From: Octopus sinensis | Taxonomy: Eukaryota | Assembly: GCF_006345805.1 (NCBI RefSeq) | Contig: NC_043005.1 | Span: 98,146,001 to 98,210,000 of the forward strand | Direction: 5' to 3' | Length of the DNA stretch: 64,000 bases | The notes under the pieces: generated by a model | The model's database searches: none | Seen by the model: only the letters and a program-made list of their open reading frames with translations | What the model was told of the DNA's origin: nothing | In this document: positions 38,786-50,450 of the stretch, piece by piece | Position numbering within the stretch: the stretch's first letter is position 1 | Layout: each line of letters begins with the position of its first letter | Position numbers and translations under genes: made by a program

Positions 38786-40705
38786 TGTTTTATTATTACC
38801 CACAAGGGGCGAACACAGATGGGACAATACAATCGGGAAAATGAATAATGAATTATGAAGTTTGTACAATGTGGTGTAATGCCCACTCGATCCCCGAAAT
38901 CGAGCGGTTACATTTCGTCATTTGTTTTTTATTCGTCAACAATATTTTCCAAATAAAACATTTTATACATTTTCAACATACATTTCAACAGTTTTACAAA
39001 GTTCAACATTTTTTTTTTCCAGAATTTAAAGTTCTTTTTATCATTTCCAAATTAAAGTTTTCACAATACCTTTTCTTTTATATATACTCCATTATGTCTA
39101 CCAAATCTGAGTAAACTTCCATCGTTCGAGGCCACCTTGTTAGTCGGCATTTCATATGTTTTGACACGTTCTTGCCAGCTGCCTCGATGAACGCCTCGGC
39201 GTCGTTCTCGTGGACGAGTGCACCTGTTTCTTTCCATTCGGTGCCCATCCTGACCCACGTATATCCATTTGTTACGTTTATTAAATCTTCCATCTCCTCG
39301 CAGTGCCTGTGATGGATCAACGTTCCATAGTATTTGAATTTTCTATTCGTACCTACGTTTTCTCTAGTTTTTCTCTTAGGACTTACTTCCTCTTTTTTCT
39401 CCTCCCTCGGTTTCTCTCTTTCTCTCTTTTGCTTTCTCTTCTTTCTTTTTCCTTCTCTTGTCTTTTTGGCTCTTTGTCTGCCGTCTCTCTACCCTGTGCC
39501 TTGAGTTCCTTTCCTTTGTTTCTTCTTTTCCTTTTTGCATACCATCTTTTCCTTTCTCTTGGTTCTGTTCCTTCTCTTGTTCTTTCCTGCTTTTCTCTTT
39601 CCTTTAATGTACTTTCCTTTTCTTTCTCTTGCTTCTGCCTTGGCTCCTTCTCCACTACTTCTGCACCCTGTGAATTTTGCTCCTTTTTTACTATCTTCTC
39701 CCTTTGTTTTCATTTTCCTTCAGTGCGCTGTTACTTCCCTCTCTTTTGTTTCTCCGTTATTTCCTTTTCCTTGTGTTTCGCTGTTCTTTCCTTCATGTTT
39801 TCGTTTTCCTTCTCTCCACTTTGTGTCTCTTTTTGCTCCCCTGTGAATTGATGCAGCGGACATTCCTTTTTTATGTGCCCTCTTGATCCGCACAGGTAGC
39901 AATTCGGTTTTCTGCCTTCCACTATTACACTAATTGTTTTCTCGTTTTCTATTTCTATTTGGAAGGGAAATCTTTCGATGTCTTCCATTCTGGCCATCAG
40001 CCACAACTCTACTCCGAATCCCTTCCAATTTATAATGTTCGTCTCCTTAATTGACCCTATTTCTACTTCCTCTTTTGCTGCCCCAATAATGGCTGTTACC
40101 AGCATTTCTGTTTTAATATCTGGGGGCACCTTTGGGACTCTTACCCGTACCCCTCGTCTTCCTTTATACGTCGGCCACATGGTGAAATTTTCCGCTTTCA
40201 GGACAGTGGAAGCCAATGAGGCCGCCACTTCCTTTGTTGCGCATCTCACCTCCACCGTACCATATTTCTTTCCTCTGTCTACAAAAGTCGCTTTTTTCAT
40301 GATGTGTCCCCAGACATTTCTCTATTTCTTCACTCGTCACTCTCACCAGTTTTCTCGTGTTTCTATTTCTTGCATTCTATACGTTATCGTCTTGTTATTT
40401 CTCTCTTCTATTGTTTCCACAGGCGGGACCAGCACTTCACGCTGTCACCCTCCCTTTTGACGAACTTCTCGTATTCTTTCAATTGTTCTTTTCTAAAGAA
40501 CACTTCTTTTTTCTAAGAGACTCGTCACTTTTTGTTGTGGCGACCCCCCCGTAAGTCTCCATGACTTGAGGGTCGACACACCTTCTATAAAAGGTTCAAA
40601 CACACGCAGCGGCAAACGCCTCGCGCGATTCAATTTTTTGACAATTTTTAACAGTTTTTTTTCCAATTTTCACATACAAAATAACTCACAACACACGTGG
40701 ATAGA
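38786..40705 (-). mobile_element. Complete ORF1-only non-LTR retroelement (HAL1-like; L1/Tx1-type ORF1)
   Basis: 12-bp TSD TTTCCTCCAGGT at 38774-38785 and 40706-40717; about 140-nt 5' UTR; frameshifted ORF; about 290-nt 3' UTR; A-rich tail; no EN or RT sequence. Confidence 0.85.
39078..40562 (-). pseudogene. Gag-like ORF1 (RRM-like region, CCHC zinc knuckle, K/E/R-rich linker, C-terminal domain), several frameshifts
   Basis: VIVEGRKPNCYLCGSRGHIKKECP (C-x2-C-x4-H-x4-C); ORF track 39731-40300, 39383-39655 and 39078-39320; likely ATG at 40562. Confidence 0.8.
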
Positions 40706-41359
40706 TTTCCTCCAGGTGTTCAATCTTTTTTCTCTACATTGTATACTTATAGACAATAGTCTTTTCTTTAATTAATTTTTTATTATCCATCTGGACTATT
40801 CCATTTCTGCACACGCTAATTTTATTTTTAATTTATTCCCATTCATGTGAACCACTTATTCAAGTTCAAGTCATTGATGCAATTTTATACCAATTGTTAT
40901 TTTTACTTTTGTTATGTTACGATTATATTATACTTTAGTTTGATTTTAATTATTACTTACTACATATAATTCAATTGTTATTATTATTTTTATTGTTAAA
41001 GTGAAAGTATCTGACATAAAATAGAGAAATGTTTTTGTTTCACTTTTAACACGTAATACTGAAATAGTGGAGAAGATATGATATTGCTATGGGCTCGCTC
41101 TAGGCAAGAAGTTGAACATTTTTTTTGCCCATGAAACTACATGGACCCTAAGTAAGGCATGTGTAAAATTTGAATGAAATTGGTTGTGTAGTTCTCAAGT
41201 TTTAGGGAAACACACAGACAGACAGACACACATTCTCAGTTTTATATATATAGAGATACATATGCTACATATATATTCTTCCTGAACGTCAAACTAACAC
41301 ACTTGCTTGCTGTTCCCTCACCTGCCTTTGTCTTTTGTTTTCAGTACATTTGAACCAGG

Positions 41360-41396
<37 letters not shown>

Positions 41397-41398
41397 TG

Positions 41399-41429
<31 letters not shown>

Positions 41430-42029
41430 TTTTTTGTGTGTGTGTGTGTGTGCGTGCGTGTATATGTATATATATATATGTGTATGTATATGTGTATGTA
41501 TATATATATGTGTATGTATATGTGTTTATATATATATTTTCTTTTGATACATATATGTGTTTATATATATATGTATGTATGTATGTATGCATGTAAATAT
41601 ATGTATGTATGTACGTATGTATGTATATATATATGTATATATATATATTATTTTATATTATTATTTTCATACATATAGATCTGCTGTATACATACATACA
41701 TACATATAGGCATACACAGACACACACAGACACACGCATACACACACACACATACACACACGCACTCACAACAAGCTTCTGCATGTTTCTGGCAACAAAA
41801 TCATTGGCTGGCCAGGGGCCACAATAGAAGACACTTACACAGTGGGACTGAACCCAAAGCTACAGGGTTGTGAAGTGAACTTTCCACAAAGAAAACATTT
41901 TGTTGCTCCTTTCTTTCACTTGCATTGTTGAGTGGGTAGGGTTTAGATGGCAAAGATATACAAATGGAGTAAAAAATGCTGAAAATTATAATGAACTTAA
42001 CAGACAATGAGGAATTGCTTGTAGGGACA

Positions 42030-43810
42030 CTGTATTTCATTTTGCAACCATAATATAGGTTTTTGCAGTCATTTTTGCCCATTTGCCATTCAATTTGATA
42101 ATTGGATCAGTTGCATTTTATATTCCTTTCTCTTACACCAACTTGTAATGAGGGAACCACGTGTAAGGTACATGTGTATATTGGGCAAAGATAGGGCAAG
42201 GCTGGTTGATGCCTTCGATGGGCATCAAACCAATTACCTGCAACTGGCAGACACACTTGGCATTAAAAGAAGTACTGCCTGATCCACAGTAGTGACCTAC
42301 CAATGGCCTGGGAGGCACCACAAGTTGCCCAGAGGAGCTGTCCACTACGTTAAGCTTGATGAGGAAATACAGGCCAGTCTTCAGGTGATTATTGATGCAA
42401 ACCCATTTGCAACACTTCAACAGATGAAGAGGGACTTAGAGGCAGCATTCCGCAGAAAGCTGCCTGTTCCTGTGTCTGCAATCTCATGGGCTCTAGATGG
42501 GATATTGATAACTATGAAGTTGGTCAAAGATGTCCCAGATGCAAGAAGTACTCTGGGAATTCTGGAGAAGCATTTTGAGTATGCACATTGGTTCATGGAA
42601 GAGGAAGTTGTTGGCCATTGTGTATTCATTGATGAATGTGGGTACAACATTTGGACCAGGTGGTCTTTTGGACGAGCCCCTCAAGGCATCCCTGTTCACC
42701 AAAGTGCTAACCATCAGTGTGGGAAAAACTGCAATGACACTTTCGCAGTGTTGGGAAAAATCAGCCTGGTTCACCACTCCATTGCGAATGATACTGTAAC
42801 ATGAAACTCTTCTGAGGAGTTCTTGGCAGAAACAGTTCGAACATGTGCTGACATGTTCCCAGCAAATGAATTAGTCTGCTTGATCAACGACAATGAAAGG
42901 TCACAAGTTCATGCCGAGGTCCCAGCTGACACTGACTCACAGATCAATCTGAAACTCCTGCCTCCCTGCTCGCTGTTTCTTAACTGTATGAAAACGGCAC
43001 ATTCTACCTTTAAGGCAGCTGTCAAGTGGGATCTCAGTTGAGCTGAGTTGCAGCAGAGGGTTGGCAACTGGACAACTGCAGAAGCTGGCATGACCATGAA
43101 AGAATGGTGAGCACATGTCATACAACAGGTCACAAGACATAACATTGACACTATCACTCCAAAAATTTGTTTGTTGGTATAGACACATCCAGACCTACCT
43201 CCTGAGATACCTCAACCACCAGTGAATAAACGGCTAAATTCTCTCAAATGAACTCTCCTTATTAAGACTGTAAATCAATAATTATCTCAGTATACACAGC
43301 ACTCTTTCCCCGATGAAAGAAAAATGCAAAATCAAAGAAATATACACTTTTCCCAACAAGACATATTATGCAAAAGAAGAACACAAATTACAACATAATG
43401 AATTCAAAATCAAAGAAAAGGAACATCTGTTGTAATTGTGAGTTTCTTTAAAAAGATTGAAAAGGCTGGAATGCGATTTCATGAAGTCTTTAACAATAAA
43501 TACATGTACAAAAGCAAAAATAAAAGAATACATAGAGAAGACATGGGCTTAAAGCATAAACAATGGATGGAAACACATGATTATGATAACTAGGATCATG
43601 AGATAAATCCAAAACAACTATCATGGTAATTCGATTGCTCGAAGTGTTAAATAGATTACTCCAAAATGAATTTGAATGCTCAAAAAGACGCTTCCTCACA
43701 TTCTGACTAATTTGAATGATCCCAATAGGCATTTTAATTTGAATGATGCAAATGCTAAATTCTTTGACCGAAGTGCGAAATTAAATGATTGAAAAACGAA
43801 TTTGAAGGAC
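42030..43810 (+). mobile_element. Tc1/IS630-superfamily (Gambol-like) transposon remnant; boundaries approximate
   Basis: ANPFATLQQMK, CVFIDECGYNIWTRWSFGRAPQG, LINDN, LLPPCSLFLNCMKTAHSTFKA (DD-E triad positions). Confidence 0.75.
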
Positions 43811-44011
43811 TAGCTTCATGGCATTCATATTTTCATGTCTTTGGATGACCTGATTATTATCAAATTGAATGGGAAACGTATGAAAATGATGGCAAAAACC
43901 AATACATTACCAGGTATATTAGATTTTTATAGAAAATCTGTAGAGATAAACTTCAAAACACACACACATGCACATATACATAATACATTCATATATACAC
44001 ATACACATGTG

Positions 44012-44053
<42 letters not shown>

Positions 44054-44088
44054 ACAAAGTGAAGTTGTAAGGTACCGCACAAGTGGAA

Positions 44089-44386
44089 ATATACATGAAA
44101 GAAGGCTTGAAAATGCTATTTTAAAGCTGCTTATTCACTTGACCGATTTCACTTTTTTAGAAAAAGACTGTCAAAAGTAAAATATAAAAGTTTTGTAAAA
44201 GCTTTGTAGTGTTAAGTACTGGTTGTCACAAAAGTATTAAAATACATATAATACTTTTGTGACAACCAGTACTTAACACTACAAAGCTTATACAAAGCTT
44301 TTACATTTTACTTTTGACAATCTTTTTCTAAAAAGTGAAACTGGTCAAGTGAATAAGCATCTTTAAAATTGCATTTTCAAACTTTC

Positions 44387-44398
<12 letters not shown>
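44089..44398. repeat. About 310-bp near-perfect palindrome between (TA)n arrays
   Basis: Arms of about 145 bp, e.g. GTGTTAAGTACTGGTTGTCACAAAAGTATT / AATACTTTTGTGACAACCAGTACTTAACAC. Confidence 0.9.
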
Positions 44399-44429
<31 letters not shown>

Positions 44430-44437
<8 letters not shown>

Positions 44438-45085
44438 CTTAAAAATATTCTCTATTTGAAGCAATGTATCAGTCAAGGTACATTTTCCACTATTCGAAGC
44501 TGTGTTGGAATTCTTGCAAAGTGATACCTTTTAACACGTTTGTCATTTTTTTTCCTTCACCTCTTCCACATCTGCAAATTCTGTAGTCCCAGCATTTGTC
44601 ACCAATGGTGACCTTTGCAATGGATCCAGACCGACTTCCAACTGTTCTTCCAGTTCACGACACACATTCAGTCATAACTGCTTTAGATTTCGATGAGCAA
44701 GCAGAGCACAAATTTTGCTGCAACTCTTTTCATTTACAATTCCTCGTTCCAAATTCTTTGGCAGGAGCTCCAGGATACACCAATCATATCAACAAGATTG
44801 TGTGTGTTTTGCTCATGGCAGCATCCTTATAAACTGTTTGAAGCACGACAGCTGTTTTGGCCACCGTTTTCCCAAACAGAAAACAGAATTTCACAGGAGC
44901 ACACTGCCCCTTCATTTCAGCCATTGCAAAAATCAACAAACAGGGGAGAAGCACTGCAAAACAAAGACACACCACATGGCAGTACAACTTCATCCAATGA
45001 TGCCAGTCAGCAGGCTGACGCTGTAGTGTCGCATCAAATGGCTTCTAGTGACAGAAGCCTGAATTACAATGGATTTGTTTCACAG
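44430..45085 (-). mobile_element. Internally deleted mariner remnant
   Basis: MAEMKGQCAPVKFCFLFGKTVAKTAVVLQTVYKDAAMSKT; KRVAAKFV motif. Confidence 0.8.
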
Positions 45086-45142
45086 AGAATGTTTATACAT
45101 CCATCCATACATACATACATTACATGCATTCATTACATACAT

Positions 45143-45545
45143 AGGCGCAGGAGTGGCTGTGTGGTAAGTAGCTTGCTTACCAACCACATGGTTCTGGGTT
45201 CATTCCCACTGCGTGGCACCTTGGGCAAATGTCTTCTACTATAGCCTCGGGCTGACCAAAGCCTTGTGAGTAGATTTGGTAGACAGAAACTGGAAGAAGC
45301 CCGTTGTATATATGTATATATATGTATGTGTTTATATGTTTGTGTGTCTGTGTTTTTCTCCCCACCATTGCTTGACAACCGATGCTGGTGTGTTTACGTC
45401 CCCGTAACTTAGTGGTTCAGCAAAAGAGACTGATAGAATAAGTACTAGGCTTACAAAGAATAGGTCCCGGGGTCGATTTGGTCGACTAAAGGCGGTGCTC
45501 CAGCATGGCTGCAGTCAAATGACTGAAACAAGTAAAAGAGAAAAG
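45143..45545 (+). mobile_element. Full-length SINE family B
   Basis: GGCGCAGGAGTGGCTGTGTGGTAAG head, GGGTTCATTCC B box, CORE-like CCTTGGGCAAATGTCTT, internal (TA/TG)n, 3' domain ending GACTGAAACAAGTAAAAGAG. Confidence 0.9.
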
Positions 45546-46244
45546 AGAGATACATTACATGCATTCATTACATACATTCATCTGGGTCTTGAGATCTCTC
45601 TCGTGAGTTGTTGTGAGGTCCCCATCTAACTTGTGAGACCCAGGTTTTTGTTTGTGACATAATGGATGTGGTTTTATTTCAAAACGATGAAACATGACAG
45701 AGAAACCTTTTCTTAGTTGTAATGTGTTATTAAATTCCTGCTTCATAATTATAATCACTTGCTATGCAAGTACATCTCCGTAATTATAGATAGCTAATTT
45801 GCAAATTTGCTAGTGTTTTGGATAAAATATTTAGCAGTATCTATATTGAGTCTATTTTGAGTTTAAATCATGCTGAGGTCAACTACGTGTCTTATCTTTC
45901 CAGGTTGATAAAAATGTATCAATCCAGTGTGGTAGTATGTGTGAAACTGTTAGAGGATTTAGTGAAATGTTTTGTGGTTTTTGTGATGGCTCTTTGCATT
46001 CTGAGGGTAACATCTGTGATGATATTGGTACGAAGCTGTATCACTGCAAATCAGTGGCCTTTCTCTCAGATAAACATTGTCGGCATGAAGACTTGCTTGT
46101 ATGTGTATCTGCCAGTCTTTCTCAAAACAATCTTGCCTTGACCTGCATATATATGTGTGCAGATCTTTGGCAAACATTGACCAACAGAGGCCCTACATAC
46201 ATAAATGAATAAAAGACAAATACTAATTCTCATATAACAAAGAT

Positions 46245-49040
46245 TAGGGGAGACCGGGGTTGGTTGACTACATTTTGTACATTTTCACTGACAGAGCAAT
46301 ACTATTTGATGCATTCTACTGCATCTTGTATTACACGCATAAATCAACCATAGCAGAAGACTTGCAAAGCTAGGGATCTCATCTGCTTATTGTCTGGATT
46401 TATATTTTGTGCATTTTCTAAGACCACTTAAATGTGTCAACTTGCCCCGATACTGGGGCAAGTTGACACATATAATGGGGTATGTTGACACATGAATGCA
46501 TTTTCTTGGAACATACATGTTAGTGGACAGAAAGACATGATATAAGCTTGTTGGTTTGATCAAAGGCTTTTATTACGGTTCCATTACAAATCATCATCAG
46601 AGTCACAATTTTGGCATGTGAATATTGTCAGACCTGGTGTGCATGCCTCGTGATCCCAACCTTTACAATCAGAGCATTGAAGCCACACTTCCCTTCCTTT
46701 GCTGTTGGAATAAGGCTCGCAGTACACTAAGCAATTGCACTCTTTCTCATCAGAGATATCACTTTCTTGAATTTGAACTTTTTTCTTAACAGCTGGACCT
46801 TTTCCCTTCGTTAACCTGCCCTTACTGAGTCCCTTTCCTATCGTTCCTTTATCAATGTTTGTCTTCTTTTTACTTTTACTTTTTGTCTTTTCTTAACAAC
46901 GTTTCTTTCTTCCTCTGGTTGATTTTTTCCTAGGGCCTGCTTTGGGTGGTGGACAGATTTGAAAGGGTGAAAGTAAAGACCTGGTGGCTATGTTGTTTGA
47001 AGGCCCAGGTGTTGCTGGTGCTGAAGGCCCAGGTGCTGAAAGTGCAGGATCCGGTCAGTCAGTGACATAGCTTGGTGCAAAGTCACTGTCTGTGAAAATG
47101 TTGAGATTAAAAGGGCATATTCCTGTAGAAGAAAAGCCACTAAGAATGTTCGTCAGGGTTGAAGTCAATGGCCATGCAGTTTTGACAATACATGGAATGT
47201 CATAAATGGTCATGGTCTGTGTACTTCTTCAGTGGTCCATAGACCACTTTGTCCAATGGCTGTAACCTGTGTGTGCAGTGAGGTGGAAAAGAAAGCATGG
47301 TGATGCCCCTCGATACTAAGGTGGGAATCATGATTGTTCAGCAAGAAAAGGCACGGTGACTGCTTTGAACATTTCCCATTCCTCACAAAGTGTTGAAGGA
47401 ATTTCACAAACTGCTCCTCACACATCCAACCAGATGGATTAGTACCTCCATCGCTGCCTGATGGTCTATTGTTCAGGAAATGTGGCCTCAAGTTCTTCTG
47501 GGGTAAAACAAAAAATGGTGGTATGCTGTTTCCAGTGGCATTTACACAGCATGCCAATGTGACCAGAATTCCCATCTCCGCACTTGTCATTTTTCCCACT
47601 TGCTTTGTTCCTTTTCTGGCAATAATTCTATCGGGGCGCTGCACAGTTGTTATGCCAGTTTCATCCATGTAGATATTGAATGGATCAAATTTATCCCGAA
47701 GCATCACCTCAGCAAGTTGGTTGAAAAACATAGCAACATTTGTCTTGTTGAAACTTGCTGCTCGTGCCAAGCTTGTTGCCTGTGGAATTCTTATGGATAA
47801 ATTCTTGTGTCGTTGAAGATATCCAGAGAACCAGTCTTCACCTGCCATTTCTGTCTCATGCCAGGTTGGAGGAATATTACATCCATGTGCCTTTGCCATC
47901 GAAAAGCCAATTTCCGCACATCTTTTGGAGCAAGCCCATAGTAAATTTCTGCGGCAGCCAAAACATAAGCCTCTGACTGATTCTTGAACTCGTTGGTGAG
48001 AACTTGCTGTAGCTTTTCATCTCCACTAAGACTGTGATCATTGTTGTTTGCTTCAGTGGCCTTGGTACAGTAGTGAGACAGAGATTTAAAGGGATTCCAA
48101 ATGTTCTCGAAGCATCCTGCAAGGAGATGACACGAGCTCGGACCTGTTGAATAGCCTGTTGGATTACATCCTGTGGAAGGGTTGCCCTCTCGCTTTTGCA
48201 TTTGTAGTGTTGCACCATGACAGTTGTATATCTAGGTCTGTAAAGAGAGAGAGGGGGAGAAAAAAAAAGCAATTTAGGTCATTGCATAATCCAACAGTGA
48301 AAGCAAAACGAAGCTCTGAGTGTTTCCCTACTTTTTAGTTTCAAGCATGCCTGGTCACGGCATAACTTCATGCTTATATATCAGTGGTACAGGTTACAAA
48401 GCTGAGGCAGTGTACAAGCTGTTGACTAAGTAGGTAGCGGCATGAAGATAGAATAGGTTGGTATAGATAAAGAGAGCTGATCGAAAACTATAGCAAGCAA
48501 TACATAAATTACTGAATGAATTGATCCAATGTACCTGACATGAATCAAACAGCAAACACTCTTAGTTAAAATGGGACAGATACAGTCTGTGAACCAATGT
48601 AAGCAACCTACAACAACTTTATCAAAGGCCGGGGCAAGTTGACACACTGTATCAACGTGCCTCTGTTTACATGTGTCAACTTGCCCCGACCCCATTTCCC
48701 TCGTAAATGTAATCACTGAGTGAAAACCACTAGGGTTTCGCAAGAATCCATTTGTATAGGATCGTGAGAGATATTATTTCTAACTCCTTAAGGTTTAATA
48801 CACATAATGCAGTCTTAAACAATATCCAAAATAACTAATTATCAAAAATGTTGAAAATAACTTACCAAGTGGAAAATTCCAATGTTGTTCGCGTGGAGCA
48901 GACAAACTCTCACAACGGCAATGAAATCAAATGAGGGGGAAGCTTATACTAACAGCACTACTATGATGTCATTAAATCGTACGAAAGTAGTTTCGCATTT
49001 TCTCTAGAGAAAATGTGTCAACTTGCCCCGGTCTTCCCTA
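46245..49040 (-). mobile_element. Near-full-length pogo/Tigger-like DNA transposon (CENP-B-type HTH, DDE_1, C-terminal PHD finger), pseudogenised
   Basis: TA-GGGGAGACCGGGG..GTTGAC TIRs at both ends; YYGLAP, AGEDWFSGYLQRH, DETGITTVQRP, NPSGWM, LLNNHDSH; PHD CEPYS..VWLQCSDCKGWDHEAC..FTCQNC at about 46575-46705. Confidence 0.92.
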
Positions 49041-49104
49041 ACTTTAAAATGGAGTACAGGAATGGAATGTATGACAAAGACTTACTCTATAATCAATACA
49101 GTGT

Positions 49105-50450
49105 TGATATAGGTGTGTGGCTTCGTGGTTAGGTTGTTGGACAAATGTTTGTAAGATTGTGGTTTCTATTCTTGGTCTAGGTGACATGTGTTCTTGTGCA
49201 AAACACTTCATTTCATGTTGCTCCAGTACATTCAGCTGGCAAAAATGAGTAAGCCTGCAATGGACCGGCGTCCCTTCCAGGAGGAAAATATACAAAAACC
49301 AGGAAACTATAAGTCTATACGACTTGGAAAGGAGCTAATATATAAATTCAACTGTAATATTGGCTTCAAATCTTGGCCCAAGGCCAGTAACTTTGGGGAA
49401 GGAGATAAGTCAATTACATCAACCCCAGTGGTCAACTGGTACTTATTTTAACAACCCTAAAAGGATGAAAGGCAAAGTCAACCTTGGCGGAGTTTGAACT
49501 CAGAACGTAAAGATGAGTACAATGCTGCGAAGCATTTTGCCAAGCATGCTAATGTTTCATTTAGCTTGTCACCTTGAAAATTCAATTGTAAAATCTACGA
49601 ACTCTGACACATTGCTGAATTCAAATCCAAAATTTTCAGTGGTTGTAAGCATATGGCTAAGTTCCTGTTGATGAATTATAAAGTACCACACTCTCTCTTT
49701 TCAGCCTATTTTACAGTCAAAGGGGAAATATCTCCAAGTCTAGGAAAAGAAATACTGTGTGGTATTCTACCCAACATCCTAATGTCTCTATCAATTTTCT
49801 GGTTAAAAATTTTAAAAGTTACCTGAAAATTGTCTGTGTTATTAAGAATCTTGCTTCCCATTCATATGGTCTGGTGCCAGTCCCACTGTGTGGTACCTTG
49901 GGCAAGTATGTTATACTGTAGCCTTGTGCTAACCAAAGCCTTGGGAATTTCTTTGGTAGATGGAAACTAAAAGAAGACTATTGTATGTATGTGTGTAAAA
50001 GCACCTAGTACACACAGTAAAATGGTTGGCATTAGGAAGGACGTCTAGCCATAGAAACCAAGCCAAATCAGACTGGAACCTGGTGTAGGTTCCCAGCTTG
50101 CTAGTTCTGTTCAGACCATCCAACCCATACCAGCATGGAAAACAGATGTTAAAAGACGATGATGTATGTATGTATGCATGACTATCTATCTATCCTACAT
50201 GTAGATGTATGTGTATTTGTGTGTACCCATGTCTGGGGTATGATGGTCGTAAATGTGCTTGTCATACAAGTGAGGTTGTTTGTTCCATGCAAAACATATC
50301 AGGTCATGGGAAAATATTACCTTGTTTGGAGACAGGTGAGTGTTGACATCAGGAAGGACATCAGGCCATTAGAAAATCTGCCTCAACCAATTCCATCTGA
50401 CCCATGCAAACACAGAAAAATGGACACTAGATAATGTTGATGTCTACCCT
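49105..50450. mobile_element. Cluster of SINE F (49105-49330), SINE A minus (49375-49575), SINE B head (49850-49985), RTE tail (49990-50160) and a further RTE-tailed repeat (50235-50430)
   Basis: Family motifs. Confidence 0.65.

Larger units (their letters stand above)
38297..41256 (-). mobile_element. Non-autonomous Helitron ends enclosing the ORF1-only retroelement
   Basis: 5' A|TCTCTATATATATAAAACTGAGAATG(TGTC)n at 41256; 3' hairpin and CTAG|T at 38297; that both ends belong to one element is inferred. Confidence 0.6.

Noticed and set aside
45143-45220. tRNA genes at SINE heads (also 33000-33065 and 17018-17110)
   Set aside because: A/B boxes are present but there is no complete cloverleaf or acceptor stem, and they continue into SINE bodies
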